Made by a program: the position numbers and the translations under genes. From the NCBI GenBank assembly GCA_965224705.1, contig OZ245056.1, forward strand, positions 2,752,001-2,816,000: a stretch of DNA of 64,000 nt, written 5' to 3'. Below, in pieces: positions 31,301 through 41,204 of this stretch. Within the stretch, counting starts at the first letter, position 1, and each line of letters opens with the position of its first letter. The notes under the pieces are model-generated. The model was not told the origin of the DNA. It saw only the letters and a program-made list of their open reading frames with translations, and did not search any database. The DNA is from Spirochaetaceae bacterium (GTDB taxonomy: Bacteria > Spirochaetota > Spirochaetia > DSM-2461).

Positions 31301-32739
31301 ACGTCAACAAATCCATAAAGAGCAGGTTGCTCCTCCATATCCAGCATCATATCGATAAATATGTGTTTATTGGCAGCCGCATCAGGAATGCCTGCCAGTA
31401 CCGAAAGTGCCATCGAATACTGCCTATCTTCTTGAAGTAATAAAATGCTGAAATCATGAAAATCAAGATTTCCGGCAATAACCTGGATTGGCTCAATGCT
31501 GATTACATCGGTTATGGTGCTGACACGGAAATCAGCATCCACAGGATAACCCAGGAGTGTTCGATCAAAATCGACAGATAACCATCCCATTGGAGTCAAA
31601 GTATCAAGGCCGACAAGCCCAGAGTATTCTGCAACTGCCCAGGGTAAGGAAACAGAGAAATTGCTGACATCGGCTTCCTGCTCATCACCCTGTGTTTTAA
31701 CATTGATCTGCCAGGGCCAGGGAAGGCCGGCCTGTGCAGGTAAAGCTATCTGCATATCCAGGTTGTATGCAAATTCATCGTCTTCTGGATTCAATGAAAC
31801 CTCAAACTCACCATCCATAATTGAATCAAACCATGGATTGAGTGCCTGGTATTCTTCTACAGGCTGAATAAACTCATTTACAACCAGATTGCCAAGAGAT
31901 CCTGAAACATTGATCCCCTCTTCAGAGAGCAGCATTGCAATATCAACAGGAAGAGCATCATTAATGCGCTGGAGTGAAAGCTTCCTGTCTTTGTAAGTCA
32001 GATCAACTGAAACTGGCTTAATCATCCACCTGCTCAGGGTTGAGGACAGCAAATCGACACGGCCATTGAAGGTTGATTCCAGAGTGGAATAATTTCCGCT
32101 TGACTTAAACTCCATGTGAACCTGACCAAGCTGTGCGATCGACATGGGTTCATTGCTCTTCAGAGAACCTTCAAATTCATACCGAACCAGGCCCCTGGTT
32201 CCATCAAGTTGAAGAAAAACATTCTCTGCCTCAACAATGCCCAGTCTTTCATCCCTGACTCTTACTGAGAAATCATTGAATACAAGGGATATATCTTCCA
32301 ACTGGTCAATTAAAAAAGTCTGAAGATCCGGAATACCAGGTGATTCCATGTCTGAGTCTACAAGTTCCAGATTTAACCGACTTCTGAGAATGGAAACACG
32401 GGTAATCCAATTGGAACTGTTATCTTCTGGCGATTTCAGTCCTTGAAGAGGATCGATAAAAACTCGAAACCTCCGGGCAGTAAAATCTCCCTGACGAAAT
32501 GATACCTTGAGGTTTCGGATAGTAACAGCGGACAGAAGAGCTGGAGAAATGGATTCATAACTCAGCTCAATACCAAGTTTTTTCTCCAGCTGGACCATGA
32601 GATTGTTCTGTATATGATCTGCCCGCTTTCTGACCGCATTGTGTAAAGGGTTCATGATAAGTATGCTCAGAATGAATACCAGGGAGAGGATCAGTATTTG
32701 AACTGCATGTACAATGATCTTTCTTCTCATCAATTCCAA
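28399..32739 (-). CDS. TamB/DUF490-like translocation-assembly protein
   Basis: 1446 aa, N-terminal TM anchor, beta-rich, FDPTIQLRAET C-terminal region; adjacent to bamA. Confidence 0.7.
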   Translation of the reverse strand: MELMRRKIIVHAVQILILSLVFILSILIMNPLHNAVRKRADHIQNNLMVQLEKKLGIELSYESISPALLSAVTIRNLKVSFRQGDFTARRFRVFIDPLQGLKSPEDNSSNWITRVSILRSRLNLELVDSDMESPGIPDLQTFLIDQLEDISLVFNDFSVRVRDERLGIVEAENVFLQLDGTRGLVRYEFEGSLKSNEPMSIAQLGQVHMEFKSSGNYSTLESTFNGRVDLLSSTLSRWMIKPVSVDLTYKDRKLSLQRINDALPVDIAMLLSEEGINVSGSLGNLVVNEFIQPVEEYQALNPWFDSIMDGEFEVSLNPEDDEFAYNLDMQIALPAQAGLPWPWQINVKTQGDEQEADVSNFSVSLPWAVAEYSGLVGLDTLTPMGWLSVDFDRTLLGYPVDADFRVSTITDVISIEPIQVIAGNLDFHDFSILLLQEDRQYSMALSVLAGIPDAAANKHIFIDMMLDMEEQPALYGFVDVEGFEASHVLSLMNASYYSSAGIVRDSLFNFHGFLESSLKGWVLSIDEASIVSKKDEQNHVSVQGRITPFQWSLDGVRISWNDYTVEGRGLAKRTEDGGFAEGRLIIAEELYPIEASWVHKGPVRITGSPELEAVFGPVTQNGRTLAVKAENINIPLKNNRLAADFNLRGIVGRKNWEVSISRSQLTLIQEGQDINSSVEFMGNVRPGAIVFSDVSFMDSVGSLAGEVAFNNSRRNNLFTGSLRAGSDDGESYSISARRSNDDWAVDLDIASGKMERFGNLDLQGFLDLQCSFTGNLNNPLVTLDVSTREGSLNSTPFSFQGKADMDRNDLKVHGLSVLYEGISLERGLLLVNMDTGSVRTTMGLSATYNQVPVTSGFALELNFEKSISLLNLTGLGNTGFSGTLATHELMWNENPHLPPLTLQFSKNSESITVNSLEKDILDFSYSFADGNLHVISGAPMPIIARGGGTIYDGQLDLKFPELGVDPILINYAMMRDPILLQYHVIFQGGLVTGNLDIQGPVASPSLFGTMQAVDLKVDTPYTYADIEPTSTLVTFDGSRMTVERTVVPVGDGIAYGEGYVVLENWKISEIDMIYGCQSIGKGDGVPVSYPLMGVYLDGIVTAEIHMTGSYRGFHLEGDITMPFLEASLDSPRVPVKQRKPGKIPKPVTLDFRIQTGKNCTFYLPNEQLKIVQATAEQGHTLFFSFTNTPRKLSLTGTLPIKSGIIHYFDRNFQITEGAMVFNEAFKNFDPTIQLRAETRVYDEENEEVTVALVYDAPVKSDFNPRIETVPVLSDIDILALLGQVVTPDSGTGGTELSSVLLAAGDMFAQVGLVQPFEVLLREGLNLDMVSIETNIIGNTLADSLNIVPETAESRSVSGFGRYLDNTSLYAGKYIGKALFASGVVSARYLEGQRLSSVFGGLEFETSVSLEMVTPFFNIEWSYSPNPAISQNFIADNTISLKWQFIY

Positions 32740-32819
32740 CCTATCAGGACTATGGGGTGGACGGTTCTTTTCATCGGTTTTATCTTAACAATTATTGAGC
32801 CTTATCGAAAGGAACATGG

Positions 32820-33458
32820 ATGAATAGTAATCGAAAGATATGGTCGAACCTGGTAGCTGTTGAGGGTATTGACGGAGCGGGTACAACAACTCTTGTTAAG
32901 GGAATTGCTCAAACCCTGAGTGCACAGAAGAGAATTCATGCTGCTGGATACGAACCAACTGATGGTGTTGTTGGCCATCTCATACGAAAGTCCCTGGCCG
33001 GTTCAACTGAATTGACGCCAGAAACCATGGCTCTTCTATTTGCAGCTGACCGCAGAGAACACCTGTATGGGGAAGGAGGAATACAGGAAACCGTTGAGAA
33101 GGGAGGGATATACATCACAGATAGATATTTATTTTCCTCACTGGCCTATCAGTCTCTGGAGACAGATTGGGATTGGGTAGACAGTTTGAACTCTACCTGC
33201 CCTCTTCCGGGATATCTTATCTACCTGAGAATTCCCGTCAAGGATGCCATGGAGCGTTTGTCTGATCGAGTGGAAAGGGATATCTATGAAACTGAGGACT
33301 TCCAGAATAGAGTGACAATTGCCTATGAACGATCCATAAATCACTATGCCAGAAGCGGCATGTCCATACTCACACTGGATTCCAGGCGTCCTCCACGGGA
33401 AATGACCGATGAATCTCTTTCCTTTCTGGCAGAATTGCTCTCAGAGTCTTCCTCATAG
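32820..33458 (+). CDS. tmk: Thymidylate kinase
   Basis: EGIDGAGTTT, LLFAADR and TDRYLFSSLAYQ motifs. Confidence 0.95.
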   Translation: MNSNRKIWSNLVAVEGIDGAGTTTLVKGIAQTLSAQKRIHAAGYEPTDGVVGHLIRKSLAGSTELTPETMALLFAADRREHLYGEGGIQETVEKGGIYITDRYLFSSLAYQSLETDWDWVDSLNSTCPLPGYLIYLRIPVKDAMERLSDRVERDIYETEDFQNRVTIAYERSINHYARSGMSILTLDSRRPPREMTDESLSFLAELLSESSS

Positions 33459-33499
33459 AATCAGAAATCGAAAAAAATCTGCCGATATTCCAATAAACT

Positions 33500-34114
33500 A
33501 TGGTCAATACAAACCGGTTATTCTTTGTAATGCTTCTGGTCATAATGCCAGTTACTGTGGTATCGGCGATCAAAATTCAGTATGCCGAGCAATTCTACAG
33601 GCTGAGCCATACAAGTCTCTACCGATACCCTGAGGACAGTGCTGAAAATATATGGTATCTGTCAATGGCCCTCAGAGCACCATTTGCCAACCCCCTCAAT
33701 GCTCTGGCAGTCATTGAAAACGAAACAGAATGGGAGAAGTACCGCAATCTTTTCGTTATGCATGTCTATCTCAGAATAACCGACGAATACCTGGCCATGG
33801 CGGCAAAATACGATAAATTCAAGGCGTATTTTTATAACTATCCCTGGAAAAGTGTCAATATAGACAGTCTCCGAACGGCTGAGAAGTTTTATGGGCTGGC
33901 CATGGAAACCTGGTTTCTGGCGGAACAGTATGCCTTTGCGGCCAGAGATGAACGATTTAAGTGGATTCATCTTGAAGAAATACAATACTGGGAAGATCAG
34001 GCCTTTCGAATAGAAAACAAAGATCTGGATTATGAAGACATTATTGATGCGCATCTGACACGATTGAATCAGGTAAGAAATGAGTTCGAATCGATGGATC
34101 CTGATACGTATTGA
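33500..34114 (+). CDS. Exported hypothetical protein
   Basis: 204-aa ORF with signal peptide; fills the gap between tmk and queA. Confidence 0.7.
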   Translation: MVNTNRLFFVMLLVIMPVTVVSAIKIQYAEQFYRLSHTSLYRYPEDSAENIWYLSMALRAPFANPLNALAVIENETEWEKYRNLFVMHVYLRITDEYLAMAAKYDKFKAYFYNYPWKSVNIDSLRTAEKFYGLAMETWFLAEQYAFAARDERFKWIHLEEIQYWEDQAFRIENKDLDYEDIIDAHLTRLNQVRNEFESMDPDTY

Positions 34115-34122
34115 GAGGCCTT

Positions 34123-35151
34123 CTAAACTATCAGCATGGCATCTCCGTAGGAAAAAAACCGATATTCCTCCTCAACTGCTCTCCTATAGGCCTCCAGAAT
34201 TCTCTCCCTGCCGGCAAATGCAGAAACAAGGACGAGAAGACTTGAACGGGGCGTATGAAAATTTGTGAACATTGAATCAACAATGTTGAATCTATAGCCT
34301 GGATAGATGAAGATGTCCGTTGTTCCATGACCGGTTTCAATGCCTTCGCCATTCCATGCGGATTCGAGGGTACGGACAGATGTTGTACCGACCGCAAGAA
34401 TCATTCGCCCTTCGGCCTTTGCATTATTCACCGCCAGAGCACTTTCCTGAGGAACATTGTATTCCTCTGTATGCATTGTATGACCGGGAACTGTTTCGGA
34501 CCGAATCGGTGCAAATGTCCCAGGTCCCACCTTGAGGCTGATCCATGCTAACCGGATTCCTCTATCCTTCAGGGCATCAAGAATTTCCGCCGTGAAATGC
34601 AGGCCAGCCGTTGGTGCCGCCGCTGATCCAATCTCTCTTGCATAAACAGTCTGATAGCTTCGAGAATCGTTCGGCCCATCGGGACGGCGTATGTAGGGAG
34701 GCAGGGGCATGTGACCATGGCGTTCAAACCATTCTTCCGGGAGCGGTAAGTCAAAACGGAGAATTTTTCTGTTCTCTGCCGATTCTCTTATAATTCTGCC
34801 TGTTACATCGTCTGGAAAAACCCATTTCTGCCCTGTTCGCTTTTTTTTCGCCCTATCCACCAGACAATCCCATTCACTCGTGGAGATTTGCTTCAGGAAA
34901 AGGAATTCACCCCGTCCTCCGGTATCAGGATTGACTGCAAAAAGACGTGCTTTTCTAACCTTTGTATCATTGAAAACCATGAGGGTGTCCGGTGGAATCA
35001 GATCGGGAAGGTTTTGAACAGTTTCATGCCGGACAAAACCCGAATCACTGTTTCTGCTGACAACCATCAGTCGGCTGCTGCCCCGAACATCCGGAGGTGC
35101 TTGAGCAACGAGATGATCAGGAAGATCAAAAGAGAAGGAGCTGGTCTTCAT
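34123..35151 (-). CDS. queA: S-adenosylmethionine:tRNA ribosyltransferase-isomerase
   Basis: [29 protein letters not shown] and FFSYGDAM motifs; start ATG 35151. Confidence 0.96.
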   Translation of the reverse strand: MKTSSFSFDLPDHLVAQAPPDVRGSSRLMVVSRNSDSGFVRHETVQNLPDLIPPDTLMVFNDTKVRKARLFAVNPDTGGRGEFLFLKQISTSEWDCLVDRAKKKRTGQKWVFPDDVTGRIIRESAENRKILRFDLPLPEEWFERHGHMPLPPYIRRPDGPNDSRSYQTVYAREIGSAAAPTAGLHFTAEILDALKDRGIRLAWISLKVGPGTFAPIRSETVPGHTMHTEEYNVPQESALAVNNAKAEGRMILAVGTTSVRTLESAWNGEGIETGHGTTDIFIYPGYRFNIVDSMFTNFHTPRSSLLVLVSAFAGRERILEAYRRAVEEEYRFFSYGDAMLIV

Positions 35152-36148
35152 CGTTCTTTCTGGTCTTCCCCAGATGCTTGTAGGCAAGGTCTGTCACAGT
35201 TCGTCCCCGGGGCGTCCGCTGGAGAAATCCCCGCAGGATGAGATATGGCTCATAGAAGTCTTCAAGGGAGTCTGTGCCCTCACCAACACTGATGGCCAGG
35301 GTTTCGGCTCCAACAGGACCACCTCCGTAACGATCAATAATGGCCGCCAGGATACGCCTGTCCTGTTCTTCCAAACCTTCCCGATCAATTTTAAGCCGGG
35401 ACAATCCTCTCTCAACTATTTTTTTCGTTATGCGGCCATCACTCTCCACCTGAGCATAATCCCTCATGCGGCGGAGCAGACGGTTGGCGACTCTGGGTGT
35501 TCCCCGGCTGCACTGGGCCAGTAGTTCAGCGGCCTCATCGACAATACTCAAACCCAGAATACCGGCACTTCGGTGAACAATGTCATTCAATTCAGCCTGA
35601 TTGTAATAGTCAATGCGGACCGTTATTCCAAAACGGGTAAACAGGGGACTTGATACCCGTCCGGGTTTTGTTGTTGCTCCAATAAGTGTGAAGGGAGGCA
35701 CAGGTATCCTTACCGTTCTGGCAGCCGGGCCCTGCCCTATGATCCAGTCGAGTTCATAATCCTCCATTGCTATGTAGAGCATCTCCTCAATAGCGGGTTT
35801 GAGGCGGTGAATCTCATCGATAAAGAATACAGTCCTTTCAGGAATGGTGGAGAGCAGTCCGGCCAGATCTTTGGGCTTATCCAGGGCCGGAGCTGAAGTA
35901 ATCTTGAATTCTGATCCTGACTCATTGGCCATGATACTGGCTAATGTGGTTTTCCCCAGACCTGGCGGAGCACTGATAAAAACATGATCCAGCGGTTCTT
36001 TTCTCTGGATAGCTGCTTGAATGAATACGGAAAGATTGTGCTTGAGTTCCTTCTGACCCTGGAAGTCATCAAGATATCTCGGTCTGATGCCGGCATCTTC
36101 CTCATCTTCTCCCTGTACTGCTGATGGTTCCAGTAAACGTTTGTCCAT
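35126..36148 (-). CDS. ruvB: Holliday junction helicase RuvB
   Basis: [26 protein letters not shown] and YEPYL motifs. Confidence 0.97.
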   Translation of the reverse strand: MDKRLLEPSAVQGEDEEDAGIRPRYLDDFQGQKELKHNLSVFIQAAIQRKEPLDHVFISAPPGLGKTTLASIMANESGSEFKITSAPALDKPKDLAGLLSTIPERTVFFIDEIHRLKPAIEEMLYIAMEDYELDWIIGQGPAARTVRIPVPPFTLIGATTKPGRVSSPLFTRFGITVRIDYYNQAELNDIVHRSAGILGLSIVDEAAELLAQCSRGTPRVANRLLRRMRDYAQVESDGRITKKIVERGLSRLKIDREGLEEQDRRILAAIIDRYGGGPVGAETLAISVGEGTDSLEDFYEPYLILRGFLQRTPRGRTVTDLAYKHLGKTRKNDEDQLLLF

Positions 36149-36155
36149 TTGATAC

Positions 36156-36755
36156 CTAAGAACTCAAGGCGATGATTGCACGCCTGAGGATTTCCCGTTC
36201 CCTTGCTTCGCCGGTTAATGCGGCAATATCACCTGATTCGACTATAGCCGATACAGCTTTTCCTGCACCTCTGGCATCAAATCCCATGGCTGTCAGAGCT
36301 GCAATTACATCCCTGTCCTTCCTTCCAACCTCAGAGGATGGATCTTCCCTGTCAGTAGTGAGCTTTCCTCTGAGCTGCAGGAGAATCTTCTGTGCTGTTT
36401 TCTTCCCAAGTCCGGGGATGGAGGAAAGACTGTCCAGATTTTCATTCTCCAGAGCCGCAGTAAAGCGATCAGGTGTTGTCCCTGAAAGGATTTTCTGTGC
36501 CAGAGAAGGGCCAACTCCGTTAACCGATATAAGGGCAAGAAACAGGGTTCGTTCAGTGAGGCTTGCAAAACCGTAGAGTTTCATGGAATCCTGGACATGA
36601 TGAAGATGTGTGTAGAGGCGGACATCGGCTCCTGCTGCAGGCAGATCCGCCAGGGAAGTTGAAGTTGTCGCAATGGCCCACTCAATACCGCCGGTTTCGA
36701 TACCGATGGTTCCCTCACTTTTAAATGTTATCACTCCGTTGATACTGTTGACCAT
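36156..36755 (-). CDS. ruvA: Holliday junction protein RuvA
   Basis: LYGF, VNGVGP and [10 protein letters not shown] motifs. Confidence 0.95.
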   Translation of the reverse strand: MVNSINGVITFKSEGTIGIETGGIEWAIATTSTSLADLPAAGADVRLYTHLHHVQDSMKLYGFASLTERTLFLALISVNGVGPSLAQKILSGTTPDRFTAALENENLDSLSSIPGLGKKTAQKILLQLRGKLTTDREDPSSEVGRKDRDVIAALTAMGFDARGAGKAVSAIVESGDIAALTGEAREREILRRAIIALSS

Positions 36756-37231
36756 AGGATTCCATGATGAATCAATGTAATTGCCGCCGCCAGTGCATCG
36801 GCAGAGTGATCACTCCCTGGAATACTGTCCATACCAAGGATTAATTGTATCAAAGTTTGAACCTGTTTCTTGTCGGCACGGCCTGAGCCTGTTACTGACT
36901 GTTTTATTGTAGCCGGTCCAAATTCGCAAAGTTTCAAGTCATTCTGAGCAGCGACAAGCAATGTAATTCCCCTGGCCTGGGCAACCGGCATGGCGGAGCT
37001 GATGTTTTTGACGAAATACAATGTCTCCACTCCCATGGCTGCGGGATTATATGCATTGACCAGGCTTGATAATTCCCGATAAAGTGTCAGTAAACGTCTT
37101 TCAGGAGGCTGGTCAGGCTGAGTTTCAATGAGTCCGTGATCAACATGTCTGTGCCGGTTGCCATCCGTATCCACCAGACCCCATCCTGTCTTTGCCAGAC
37201 CGGGATCTATACCCAGCACTCTGAATTTCAC
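36731..37231 (-). CDS. ruvC: Crossover junction endodeoxyribonuclease RuvC
   Basis: LGIDPG, GSGRADKKQV and DHSADALA motifs. Confidence 0.95.
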   Translation of the reverse strand: MKFRVLGIDPGLAKTGWGLVDTDGNRHRHVDHGLIETQPDQPPERRLLTLYRELSSLVNAYNPAAMGVETLYFVKNISSAMPVAQARGITLLVAAQNDLKLCEFGPATIKQSVTGSGRADKKQVQTLIQLILGMDSIPGSDHSADALAAAITLIHHGILWSTVSTE

Positions 37232-37971
37232 TCAGAAAGCTCAAAGCCGTTCGGTACATCAAGATTTGATGCAACCGACTGGACATCATCGTTATCCTCA
37301 AGCTTGTTGATAAGCTTCAGCACCTTTCCAGTGCCTTCATCATCCAGGGAAACTTTATTATCCGGGAGCATGAGAATTTCGGCTTCTTCTTCATGAAATC
37401 CAGCAGACTGCAAGGCTTCCAGTACATCAATGAAAACGGATGCCTCTGTGATAACCTCAACAGTATCAGAATCTTCGACAACATCCTCGGCCCCGGATTC
37501 CAGGGCGGCCTCAAACAAAGCATCATGATCTATGGAATCCCCTGCATATACAATGAGTCCTTTGCGCTTAAACATGTAGGATACAGCCCCGGCAGAAGCA
37601 AGTTGTCCGCCATTCTTCGATAAAACAGTGCGCACATCCGCCGCTGTACGATTTTTGTTTTCAGTCAGGGCTTCGATGAGCAACCCAACACCGCCATGAG
37701 CATAGGCCTCATAGCTCAATTCAGTGTACTCCATGTCATCCAAACCGCCAGTTCCCTTTTTTATTGCCCGCTCAATTGTGTCCTTGGGCATGTTGGATGC
37801 CCTGGCTTTCATAACAGCAGTACGCAGACGGGGGTTTGACTGCTCATCTCCACCACCCATTTTTGCAGTAACCGTTATTTCTTTGATCAGTTTGGTGAAT
37901 ATTTTTCCGCGCTTTGCATCGGCTGCACTCTTCCTATGCTTGATTGTACTCCACTTACTGTGACCCGACAT
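37228..37971 (-). CDS. yebC: YebC/PmpR-family protein
   Basis: MSGHSKWSTIK, NPRLR and LEDNDDVQ motifs. Confidence 0.95.
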   Translation of the reverse strand: MSGHSKWSTIKHRKSAADAKRGKIFTKLIKEITVTAKMGGGDEQSNPRLRTAVMKARASNMPKDTIERAIKKGTGGLDDMEYTELSYEAYAHGGVGLLIEALTENKNRTAADVRTVLSKNGGQLASAGAVSYMFKRKGLIVYAGDSIDHDALFEAALESGAEDVVEDSDTVEVITEASVFIDVLEALQSAGFHEEEAEILMLPDNKVSLDDEGTGKVLKLINKLEDNDDVQSVASNLDVPNGFELSE

Positions 37972-38205
37972 GCATACTCCTCATCAAGGCTTGCTCTACA
38001 GGTATCTTCAAGAAAAACATTGAGTTTTAACCTGAACTTTTCCGCCGTTACAGCATGTACAATGTTTGCACAGCCCGGCGGCACTCCACTTTTGCCTGCC
38101 TGTGTTCTGCATGCAGACAGACAATCCCTCCGTCAATTTCCCAGAGCTGTTTTTGAGATACCCCGCAGCTCACTGAGCCAAGCCTGTCAGAAACTTCCCT
38201 GATTG

Positions 38206-39390
38206 TCAATACAAAGGCCATTTGTAAGCATTATGACACTCATAAGAATGAATTTCATCCATAATATCCATGAGGATGTGATTGAGTATATCCATGCCGG
38301 AAGAAGCAGGAAATATCGATTTCATATCTGAAAAAAGGACACCAGCCGCCTGATACTTCTCAATTGAATGAGGAATAATGGAAGCTGGTTCGATTCCAAA
38401 GATCCCCCTGAATCGAGCTGTTTCCAGGCCCTTTTTGGTCCTTAAACTCATCATGAAATGCTCAAGCATGAAATCCCTGTAACTGAGAATTTCCTGGGAT
38501 CTCGATTTCTCCGGAAACTCAAGCCAGCGTCTGATATTCTTTGCCTCCTGCCGTCTTTCGGCACCCTGCTCATTCCAGAGGGTTGATGCTGCTCCCGGTC
38601 CCACGCCCAGGCAGGGATCGATCTGCCAGTAACGCATATTATGCCGACAAACATGCCCGGATCGGGCAAAGTTGGACACTTCATACCTGACATACCCCTG
38701 TTTTTTCAGGAACGAAAGAATCTTCCCCCACTCATCATTTTTTTCGCCTGTATCTGGAAGTTCTTTGAGTCGATTACTGTCCCTCGCCAGAACCGTGCCT
38801 TCTTCTACTACCAATTCATAGATGGAAATATGACCGGGGTGACTCTCAAGGGCCTGATCAATGTCATCAAGAATGCTGTGAGACTTCCGGGGAAGAGCGG
38901 ATAACACATCCCGACTTACCCTGCCCTTCCAATTGGAATTCAACAGTTTGTCAGCCTCTATCAAAGCTTCCCGGCCCGCCGGTCTGCCAAGCCAGCGTAG
39001 AAGATCATCATCATAGGTTTGGACTCCCATACTTATGCGATCAACTTGATTTGATTTCAGGACTTCCAGGAATTCAAGACTCAGAGATTCAGGATTGGCT
39101 TCAATTGTAAATTCATCGACTTCGCCTGTCACCTTGCCGAGTTCTTCCAGGAAATCAGAAAGCTCATGGGCCGGGATCATCGAAGGAGTACCGCCGCCGA
39201 TGAAAACTGTTGGAATCCCTGTTGGGTTAAGACGGTCTATTTCCTGGACAGCATCCTGAAGAATTCTTCCCAGGACTTTTGTGACAAGAGAGGGATCCGA
39301 ATTGGCAACACTGTAAAAATCACAGTAAAAACAACGGCTTATACAAAAAGGGATGTGAATGTAAAGAGAAAGATCAGCGGAGATATCCAA
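38206..39390 (-). CDS. hemW: Radical SAM HemN/HemW-family protein
   Basis: YIHIPFCxxxCxYCDF, GGGTPS, EANPE, YEVSNF and HNMRYW motifs; start uncertain (TTG 39390 chosen). Confidence 0.85.
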   Translation of the reverse strand: MDISADLSLYIHIPFCISRCFYCDFYSVANSDPSLVTKVLGRILQDAVQEIDRLNPTGIPTVFIGGGTPSMIPAHELSDFLEELGKVTGEVDEFTIEANPESLSLEFLEVLKSNQVDRISMGVQTYDDDLLRWLGRPAGREALIEADKLLNSNWKGRVSRDVLSALPRKSHSILDDIDQALESHPGHISIYELVVEEGTVLARDSNRLKELPDTGEKNDEWGKILSFLKKQGYVRYEVSNFARSGHVCRHNMRYWQIDPCLGVGPGAASTLWNEQGAERRQEAKNIRRWLEFPEKSRSQEILSYRDFMLEHFMMSLRTKKGLETARFRGIFGIEPASIIPHSIEKYQAAGVLFSDMKSIFPASSGMDILNHILMDIMDEIHSYECHNAYKWPLY

Positions 39391-40108
39391 AAGCTTTGAT
39401 TGGCCAATAGGCAAAAACTCCCCGGCCTCGAATATACGTATCACTGACCGGCCCCCAATAGCGGGAATCATTGGAACTTCCCCTGTTGTCACCCAGAACG
39501 TAGTACTGGTTTTCGTCCATAACCATTGAATCAAAGCTGTGGTACAGGGGGAACTCATTGTTCCAGCCTTCAGGTAATTCCTGTATTTCCAGATCGTACT
39601 CCATACCGCTTAGTTCAAACTCACTTAGAAATTTATTCCCACCCCGGGGCTTGATGTAGGCAATGGATCCCCTCATGCGTATTGTATCGCCCGGTATTCC
39701 AATAACCCTCTTGAAGATTCTTTCGTTCTCCCAGTTGTTACGGAGATGTCGTCCAAATGAAACTTTCTGCAAAGTAAAAAAACGAACAAGGGGATTGATA
39801 ACGGATAGCGGCCATGCAGATTCAGGAATATAGGGGGAACTGATTGAGATAATATCTCCTCTTCCGGGGGGATTCTTTAAACGCCCACCGGGATCTCTGA
39901 GAAGAAACGGTACCACAAGTATTCTGGTTCCCGGCAGGTAGCCTGGGGCCATGGCCTGCGTTTTCAATGTCCAGGGGGTAATGAGATATGTCGATATTGA
40001 TATGTAAATTCCCAGAACAAGGATGAAAACCCCCAGAGAACGTAATCGCTGGCGCTGAAAGTTTCTCCGATCTTTGAATGAAAGCCCGGATTGGGATACG
40101 GAATTCAC
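39374..40108 (-). CDS. lepB: Signal peptidase I paralog, catalytic Ser apparently replaced
   Basis: KRVIGIPGD and GDNRxxSNDSRYWG motifs; box B reads TQAMAP rather than SxSMxP. Confidence 0.8.
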   Translation of the reverse strand: MNSVSQSGLSFKDRRNFQRQRLRSLGVFILVLGIYISISTYLITPWTLKTQAMAPGYLPGTRILVVPFLLRDPGGRLKNPPGRGDIISISSPYIPESAWPLSVINPLVRFFTLQKVSFGRHLRNNWENERIFKRVIGIPGDTIRMRGSIAYIKPRGGNKFLSEFELSGMEYDLEIQELPEGWNNEFPLYHSFDSMVMDENQYYVLGDNRGSSNDSRYWGPVSDTYIRGRGVFAYWPIKAFGYLR

Positions 40109-41139
40109 CGTATAACACCTGCCCTTTTAGGAGGCCAGTAGATAAAAAGTGCTCGGCCAAGTATGGATTTTGAAGGAATCGGACCAAAGTACCGCCCATC
40201 CAGAGAATCACTTCGATTATCTCCAAGAGGAAGAATCCATTTTTCAGGGATGTATATGCCTCGCTCATAGACAGCCGATTTGTGTGAAATTGCTTCATTC
40301 TGAGGATAGAGACGATTCAATACAGCCGAATCAATTCGTTCCTCCTCATAGGGATCAAACACGGTTTTTTTCAACGATGTGATCCAGTTTTCTGATGCCT
40401 GTAATCTGAGTTCAGGACTGACTGACAGCCCTGCCCTCTCCAACCTTGTCAACTGTATTCTTGCTTCCAATATCCTGTAATAGTCAGCATCCAGCAGGTG
40501 ATTGGTGCTGTACTCCAATTCCGTAAACAGCTTGAATTCTTCTTCTGGAATAAGCTCACTTTCACCCATTGGCTGTATGAATAGCTGACCTTCTGCAACA
40601 ACGATGCGGTCGCCATCTTCCGCTACCTGCCGCTTTATTAAAAACTGATGGGCCGTTTCTCCATTCCGCCGATTGAGATCCACCAGAGACAGAGTGGCCA
40701 TGTAGAGGACTCTCTGTGCAATTTCATGGGCCAGTGAGGGACTTTCGTATTCTGGATTCTCAAAGATAATAACCTGACCACGGCGGGATTCTCGAAATCC
40801 AGGGAGCTTAGCCACACCAGGGAGCAGTTCAGGACCGAACGTCAGTTTGTCCACAAATATCCGATCACTTTTACTCAGTTGACCTGTGTAGGGATCCCTG
40901 CCGCCGATGAGTGAATTTCTCATGGAGCCGGAGGGAATCTGATAGGCCTGGAGGAGGTACTGATTGAGCAGGAGTACCATCATAACCGCCCAGAGAAAGG
41001 CATCCACCCATTCCATAAAAAAACTGTGCCGCTTCTGTTTTAACTTTAACCGGGCAATACGACGAGCCCTGAAGGTAAGAAGCCGCTCTGAAAAGATGAC
41101 AAGCCGGGAAATAAAATCTATTCTACTATCTTCATTCAC
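40105..41139 (-). CDS. lepB: Signal peptidase I
   Basis: IPSGSM, IKR and GDNRSDSLDGRYFG motifs; start uncertain (GTG 41139 chosen). Confidence 0.9.
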   Translation of the reverse strand: MNEDSRIDFISRLVIFSERLLTFRARRIARLKLKQKRHSFFMEWVDAFLWAVMMVLLLNQYLLQAYQIPSGSMRNSLIGGRDPYTGQLSKSDRIFVDKLTFGPELLPGVAKLPGFRESRRGQVIIFENPEYESPSLAHEIAQRVLYMATLSLVDLNRRNGETAHQFLIKRQVAEDGDRIVVAEGQLFIQPMGESELIPEEEFKLFTELEYSTNHLLDADYYRILEARIQLTRLERAGLSVSPELRLQASENWITSLKKTVFDPYEEERIDSAVLNRLYPQNEAISHKSAVYERGIYIPEKWILPLGDNRSDSLDGRYFGPIPSKSILGRALFIYWPPKRAGVIR

Positions 41140-41204
41140 AAGTTCATTATAACAATACCCGGGATTATTGACCACAGTAAAACTGTGGCTCTATACTCTG
41201 GAAC

